Virus record (IMG/VR): IMGVR_UViG_3300009149_000033
Span: 1-63,143 of that record
Direction: 5' to 3' (one strand)
Length of the DNA: 63,143 nucleotides
Source: a virus
Taxonomy: Duplodnaviria; Caudoviricetes
In this document: piece by piece, positions 58,200-63,143 of the stretch
Numbering within the stretch: position 1 is the first letter of the stretch
Layout of the letters: every line of letters begins with the position of its first letter
Notes under the pieces: model-generated
The model's database searches: none
Seen by the model: the letters and a program-made list of their open reading frames with translations, nothing else
What the model was told of the DNA's origin: nothing
Translations under genes and position numbers: made by a program

Positions 58200-60248
58200 T
58201 TAACTCGTCGCGCTTACTGTTAAAGAGCCTTTTAGTGTAGCTCCGGTTATATAATCAAAATGAGTCTTATCTGTTACTACTCCTCCACTTATTGGAGTTC
58301 TACCTTTTAGATTAACTTTGGTTCCTTTGATATCTGTAACTATTCCTGCCTCTAAAGTAGCATTACCTCCGGTAGTCTTATAGAGGATGTTTCCAGCAGT
58401 AGTGCTGTTTTCAATGTTACCTGCTCTGGTTGTGTGCGTTATATTACCAGCACCTATTATTTTATACTCGATATCTCCTATTTTAGTCTCAAACTCTCTA
58501 CTACCTGTAGCAGTAATTTTCTCTTTTATACTCCCCAGTTTAAGGGTAGTCTCTTTATTCCCTATAAATTTTATTTTCTCTATTATTTTTCCGGTACCTG
58601 TCTTATTATCTATGATCAATTCAGAATCTCCAGAAGTCACCGTAGTTATCCTACTACCAAAAGTTTCTTTTTTCTCTTGTGTCGCGACCTCAGAATAAAC
58701 CTCACTAACTACAACATTCATATTATTTGCTACAGATATATCAAAATTTTGGGTAATTCTTTCTTCTCTCATACCCTCTATTCTATTCAGCACACTTCCA
58801 TTTACTATAGCCTCACTATTGCCGTCTATTTCCTTTCTTTCCCTACCATTTACTATATCTATCTTTTTATAAGCTCCTGTATTATTTATGAGCTTATCTG
58901 GACTTTCTATGTCATCCCACTCATACAATTTATACTCGCTTAAAAGATCTTCTTCTGGTGCGCCGTAATAAGTAAATATACTTTTTGACGTCCTGATATC
59001 GATACTTTTTTCTTTGTACCTATCGTCAGCTGAGCTATGATTACCTACTATCCACCTTATTCCTCCACGAGTATTTAAATCCCAAGAGTTACCTATATCA
59101 CTATCTAAACCAAATTGTTCTTTTTTTGAACCATCGGCAAGTATAGAGATAGACCTACCAGAACCTAGACCGCCGCCAGAGGCTGACTGAACATACTGAT
59201 AATAATGACCTTCTTTATCTATCCCTAAAAAAGTTCCTTTATTATAATTTCTTGAGCTCGGTTTTAAAATAGTTACCGCTAAGCTATAATATGGGGAAGT
59301 CTCAGAGGAAAGGGCTGTTAAATTAAATTGCCCATTTACATCATCTATATCTTTAAAAAGCTGAACTCCTAAAAGTTTACCATAGGTGTCTGTTTTATTG
59401 GGGCTGTTACCCACAAAATTACCTAGACTAAACACCGCTGCAGGCACCCTTTCTTCGTCTATTGACAAAGAATTTACATTATTATAGGGTATAGTTTTAG
59501 TTGTCTCTTCGTCTACCTCTAATAGAAATTCTGTGAAGTACTTCTTAATAGACTCAGACTTAGGATTAGAAACTAAAGGATATTGATATTTACCCTCAGG
59601 GTCTATCTCCTTCTGAGCAAATTGCCCTTCATTTGTATTTGAATCATCTAAAGAATTTCTGTATATTATCCCAGCGCTATTCCATACACCTCCGCTAAAA
59701 GTATAATTATTTACAGATGTATTTATTATAGAATTATCGTAATTCCTTATTAGAATAGAATCCCCTACTCCATCGTCAATCTTTAAATTGTTATTAAGAT
59801 GTATCTCAGGTCCGTCCGAAGAGCTTATAGCAATCTCTCCTGGGTGCAGCCTCCTATACCTAAAATAATAGTCATTTTTACCTGCATTCTTTATATCGTC
59901 ACTATCCCAAAATGTTATAGCTTTTGAATCTAAAGCAGCGTCATAAGTAGGTAAATAGGTTACAACAAAATATTGATCTGAAACTTTACACAGCAAAACC
60001 ACACTACCTACATCAGGCACGGCAGATATATAGCTGTTAGTCCCGGCAAAAGGCTGAGTAAGGGGTATGTCTACAGAACCCCCATCTTTTTTAAACAAAT
60101 CTACAGATATCTCTTGTTTTTTAAAATTAAAATGAGTAACAGACCCAAATAAAAAATTTAAATTTTTACGCCTAAGACCTTCAGGAGGAGAGTCTCCTTC
60201 AGGTATATATCTTCCAGTGATCCTGAATATATCTTTAAAATTTGCCAT
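58200..60248 (-). CDS. Baseplate central spike (gp5 / gpV / VgrG-like)
   Basis: N-terminal OB-fold motif (AVPDVGSVVLL); C-terminal beta-helix-like repeats (GSVLNRIEG, GNITHTTRAGNIENSTTAGNI); terminal THFDYITG. Confidence 0.75.
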   Translation of the reverse strand: MANFKDIFRITGRYIPEGDSPPEGLRRKNLNFLFGSVTHFNFKKQEISVDLFKKDGGSVDIPLTQPFAGTNSYISAVPDVGSVVLLCKVSDQYFVVTYLPTYDAALDSKAITFWDSDDIKNAGKNDYYFRYRRLHPGEIAISSSDGPEIHLNNNLKIDDGVGDSILIRNYDNSIINTSVNNYTFSGGVWNSAGIIYRNSLDDSNTNEGQFAQKEIDPEGKYQYPLVSNPKSESIKKYFTEFLLEVDEETTKTIPYNNVNSLSIDEERVPAAVFSLGNFVGNSPNKTDTYGKLLGVQLFKDIDDVNGQFNLTALSSETSPYYSLAVTILKPSSRNYNKGTFLGIDKEGHYYQYVQSASGGGLGSGRSISILADGSKKEQFGLDSDIGNSWDLNTRGGIRWIVGNHSSADDRYKEKSIDIRTSKSIFTYYGAPEEDLLSEYKLYEWDDIESPDKLINNTGAYKKIDIVNGRERKEIDGNSEAIVNGSVLNRIEGMREERITQNFDISVANNMNVVVSEVYSEVATQEKKETFGSRITTVTSGDSELIIDNKTGTGKIIEKIKFIGNKETTLKLGSIKEKITATGSREFETKIGDIEYKIIGAGNITHTTRAGNIENSTTAGNILYKTTGGNATLEAGIVTDIKGTKVNLKGRTPISGGVVTDKTHFDYITGATLKGSLTVSATS

Positions 60249-60261
60249 AGTACTAATTCCC

Positions 60262-62664
60262 TTAAGGTGCCATGCTACTTAAATTATTAGCTGTGTTATT
60301 TATGTCATCATTAGACGTAGAATGAGCTGGAGAAATGTATTGCGGCCTCTGTGGACTACGTCTTGTGTCTTCGTTTTGGTCGTTAACTTCTTGCCTTTGA
60401 TCTACTTCTTGTTGAAAAGCTTGGGGCTCCGCAGACATAGCTTCAAGAAAACCTCCTTCAGTCCCGCCTGTAGGCGTATACCCACTAGAACTTGCTGGAG
60501 ACATACCGTTTAATTCTCTAGCTTCGCTAGCAGAGTCAGCCCCGGGGCTACTCTCCACAAAACCCTTAGGTGTGATTTTTAAGTTTGCCCCGTAAGGGTA
60601 CCCACCTATATGTCTATACCCTTTTATATCTGTGTATGGTATTGTTTCCTTAGACCTTATGTTAGAAACTATCTGCTCATCATCATCAAGAGCAGCAGCT
60701 ACTTCTGTATCATCTGGGAAACTCATCATAATCAATTCGTTAGACACTACTGTTTTTTTTCCACTCTCAAGAATAGAACTCTCTACTCTTGCCTTATCTA
60801 CTTTATAGAAACCTGTCAAATTAGGGCCGCTCATTAAACCGTTTTGCAGCAACTGCAGATACTTTTTCTTTTCGTTCTCAGCTACATCTTCTTCCCCGGG
60901 ATTAGGCTTAAAAGTTTTAAGTGCTTCCGCCATAGCTGCTTCCCTAGTACGATTATTTATCTGAGCTACAGTCTCAAGGGCACTTGTGCTTGATTCTGTA
61001 TCACTGTTAATACTTCTCGCTGCATTATTATACCTGAACACGCAACCGTCTAAAACATCTCCTAGTTCAAACCCGTCAATTGTACCATCACTAAAAATCC
61101 TATCCCTTCTTACCTCTAAAGATAAACTTGTAGTCGAAGAGCTGCCAAATGCTATAGAATGAGATAACCCCGTAACATAATAATAAGAATCTATATGGCT
61201 TAAATAAACTGGATACCCGAGGCGTACCTCAGGCCTCATAGGAATAGAGACACTACCTGTGTACGCTCTGCCATTCATCTTAGCCATTTTAGCAGCAGCT
61301 AATAACCTTAATTGTTCCGCGTTGTTACCATATCTTAAATCTAACTTCTGCCTCCTAATACCAAATCTTTTTATTAGATCAAAATCAAAATGATATGCTA
61401 TAGAGTCTAGTTTTGTGTCAAATTGGTACTTAGGACCAACAACTTGTAGCCAAGTACATATTTGATCTGTGTCCACGCTAGAGTTAAAATTTATAATATC
61501 TTTAGCTTTTATGGTATACTCAGGAGTACTAGCTGTATTTACATCTAAATTATAAAAAGGGGGTTTAAACACGCATGAACCATTGGTATCCATAAAAAAT
61601 TCCATCTCAGACTGCTCGCAAACTTCAGTAGCAATCTCTAGCTTATTATGCTCTAGAGCCGACTTACCCCCATTAAATATATTAAACTGACCGTAAGGTT
61701 GTATCTGAGCTAATAGACTAAAATTAACTCTTAGCTCTTTTACGTTAAACTCTTGACTATTAGACTTGTTTAAATCGTCGTAAGATAGTAAATACTCATT
61801 AATTGATTGATTGGTTAAATCTACTGACTCCAATAGACCAAACATTTCTAAAGTCATTCTATCTGTTGATTTTTGGGCTGTAGCCCCTAACCTATTTCTC
61901 CAGTAGGCGTTATAATCATTAGCGAAATCTGAGAAAAAATCTTCTAAACCGCTACCTTTAAATAGAGAACCAAAACTTGGAAGAACCTTAATACCCTCAG
62001 AGGGTAATGGGTATACGAAATCATATCGGTCTTTATCACTATCCACCCATTTAGTCTGATAAAATAAACTATACATAATTTGCCATATATTTTTATTTCT
62101 AAAAATAGTAGGGAATCCGTCTAAATCGGGAGCAGGTCCTATAGCACCTGTTAATGAGGAAGGGACTATAGTTAACTGCTGATACTTCCAGAGGCTTAAA
62201 AGGTCGTTACAGGTTATAGATATATTATATACTCCGCCACTATAGTCTTCAGACACATCTTTTATATAACCCCAAAAAGCTGGGTAATAAATTGGGTTTC
62301 CGTTTTTTAAATAGTATCCTTTTAAATAAACCTTTATCTCCATCATGGGCTCTATAATGCATTTCCTAACCCCGTTAGGTTGCGTAAAATAATAATCTTC
62401 ATGCAACCCTTTATATATCGGAGCAACTATCTGTATATTAGCTCTATTCGCCCCTGGGGGGCTTACAGCAGCTGTGATATTTATAGACGTTACCCCTCCC
62501 CTAACATCTAAAGACTGGTAACCATTGTTATCAGAAGTAGAAGATAGCGGAGAAACAAATCTTAAACCTATTTGGGTATTAATAGCCATAAATCCATCGG
62601 GAGCTAAACGTAAAACATTTCTCCCTAAAAATTCGGAAAAAGAAAACATACCTGAGTCAGCCAT
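60262..62664 (-). CDS. Baseplate hub (gp27 / gpD-like) protein
   Basis: EIKVYLKG...FWGYI...ISITCND; EFFMDTNGSCVFKPPFYN; GSVSIPMRPEVRLGYPV...YYVTGLSHS. Confidence 0.78.
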   Translation of the reverse strand: MADSGMFSFSEFLGRNVLRLAPDGFMAINTQIGLRFVSPLSSTSDNNGYQSLDVRGGVTSINITAAVSPPGANRANIQIVAPIYKGLHEDYYFTQPNGVRKCIIEPMMEIKVYLKGYYLKNGNPIYYPAFWGYIKDVSEDYSGGVYNISITCNDLLSLWKYQQLTIVPSSLTGAIGPAPDLDGFPTIFRNKNIWQIMYSLFYQTKWVDSDKDRYDFVYPLPSEGIKVLPSFGSLFKGSGLEDFFSDFANDYNAYWRNRLGATAQKSTDRMTLEMFGLLESVDLTNQSINEYLLSYDDLNKSNSQEFNVKELRVNFSLLAQIQPYGQFNIFNGGKSALEHNKLEIATEVCEQSEMEFFMDTNGSCVFKPPFYNLDVNTASTPEYTIKAKDIINFNSSVDTDQICTWLQVVGPKYQFDTKLDSIAYHFDFDLIKRFGIRRQKLDLRYGNNAEQLRLLAAAKMAKMNGRAYTGSVSIPMRPEVRLGYPVYLSHIDSYYYVTGLSHSIAFGSSSTTSLSLEVRRDRIFSDGTIDGFELGDVLDGCVFRYNNAARSINSDTESSTSALETVAQINNRTREAAMAEALKTFKPNPGEEDVAENEKKKYLQLLQNGLMSGPNLTGFYKVDKARVESSILESGKKTVVSNELIMMSFPDDTEVAAALDDDEQIVSNIRSKETIPYTDIKGYRHIGGYPYGANLKITPKGFVESSPGADSASEARELNGMSPASSSGYTPTGGTEGGFLEAMSAEPQAFQQEVDQRQEVNDQNEDTRRSPQRPQYISPAHSTSNDDINNTANNLSSMAP

Positions 62665-62678
62665 ACTTAACCTCTATT

Positions 62679-63143
62679 TTAATCTTCACTTTCTTCCTCT
62701 TGGGTTTCTGGTTCTTCTGCCTTAGGCCCGGGCCTATCACTTGAATTATAGTTTACAAGATCAAGATAATCCTGTACAGTGTCTATATTAGGGTTAGATT
62801 CTCGAACCGTTTGAGAGAACATTATTGTAGGACTTGAATCCATATAAGACGGATAAAAAACAGCCATATTTAGTTGCTGTTGATTTCCAGACACATATCC
62901 TTCAGAAGGCGCTCTAAGTCTTAGATATTCTTCCATTAAAGTAACTTGTGCCTCAAAAGATCTGTTTTGTGCTATCATATTTGCAGAGCTAGAATAACCT
63001 AAATCTTCTGCTGCCACATTTGTAAACTGAATAAGACCTATAGCGGTAGATCTAGGGTTAGACGCCTCTATATCATTTTTAGACTCAAACCATATCAGGT
63101 CTTTTAGCTGGTTTGGGTCAAGATTTAATCTATCTGCTACACC
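62679..63143 (-). CDS. Lytic transglycosylase (SLT/lysozyme-like), 5'-truncated by the window edge
   Basis: The frame is open upstream of the called GTG: ...LNLDPNQLKDLIWFESKND...NPRSTAIGLIQF..., giving the catalytic ES, a GLxQ motif and a downstream MAVFYP. Confidence 0.85.
   Translation of the reverse strand, partial: GVADRLNLDPNQLKDLIWFESKNDIEASNPRSTAIGLIQFTNVAAEDLGYSSSANMIAQNRSFEAQVTLMEEYLRLRAPSEGYVSGNQQQLNMAVFYPSYMDSSPTIMFSQTVRESNPNIDTVQDYLDLVNYNSSDRPGPKAEEPETQEEESED

Noticed and set aside
369-62725. All plus-strand ORFs in the track (e.g. 8362..8751, 58434..58943) and the nested minus-strand ORF 14893..15105
   Set aside because: They lie within or across long, motif-bearing minus-strand genes, are short, and have antisense-shadow composition with no recognisable motifs.
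1-63143. Stop-codon reassignment, CRISPR array, tRNA genes
   Set aside because: Coding density is near complete in the standard code with TAA, TAG and TGA all ending genes. Intergenic gaps are under 140 nt, with no repeat-spacer or cloverleaf pattern seen.
39458-63143. Cellular contractile injection system (eCIS/T6SS) instead of a phage
   Set aside because: Direct linkage to a phage-type replisome (PolA lacking a 5' exonuclease, DnaB, primase zinc finger) and the absence of cellular housekeeping genes favour a phage. Capsid and terminase genes are not in the window, so this is not proven.

Overview
An AT-rich segment of a large lytic tailed bacteriophage, probably a jumbo myovirus with a contractile tail. 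Every credible gene is on the minus strand, tightly packed, in the standard genetic code, and several have clear Shine-Dalgarno sites. In transcription order (right to left) the window holds: a lytic transglycosylase (partial), baseplate hub, central spike, a 3-repeat putative spike-tip protein, a 3536-aa repeat-built giant protein, gp25-like and baseplate-J-like wedge proteins, and a Ycf48/BNR-propeller wedge or fibre protein. Next comes a ~13-kb appendage cassette (21859-35026), then more wedge or fibre-attachment genes and two membrane proteins. The left end is a replication/transcription module: SNF2 helicase, degenerate DnaC-like loader, DnaB helicase, stand-alone primase zinc finger, intein-containing family A DNA polymerase and a sigma factor. 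The best candidate for an undescribed system is the appendage cassette. It has three divergent collagen genes with the same 13-unit + Gly-X kink + 5-triplet layout, suggesting a C1q-like heterotrimeric collagen. It also has a LamG-like domain apparently split between two genes, six copies of a beta-helix-like module with a W-x(3-5)-(G)PW signature, about 12 PKD domains and an embedded GT-A-like glycosyltransferase. All family assignments come from reading motifs by eye; no searches were run. No tRNA, rRNA, CRISPR array or reverse transcriptase was seen.
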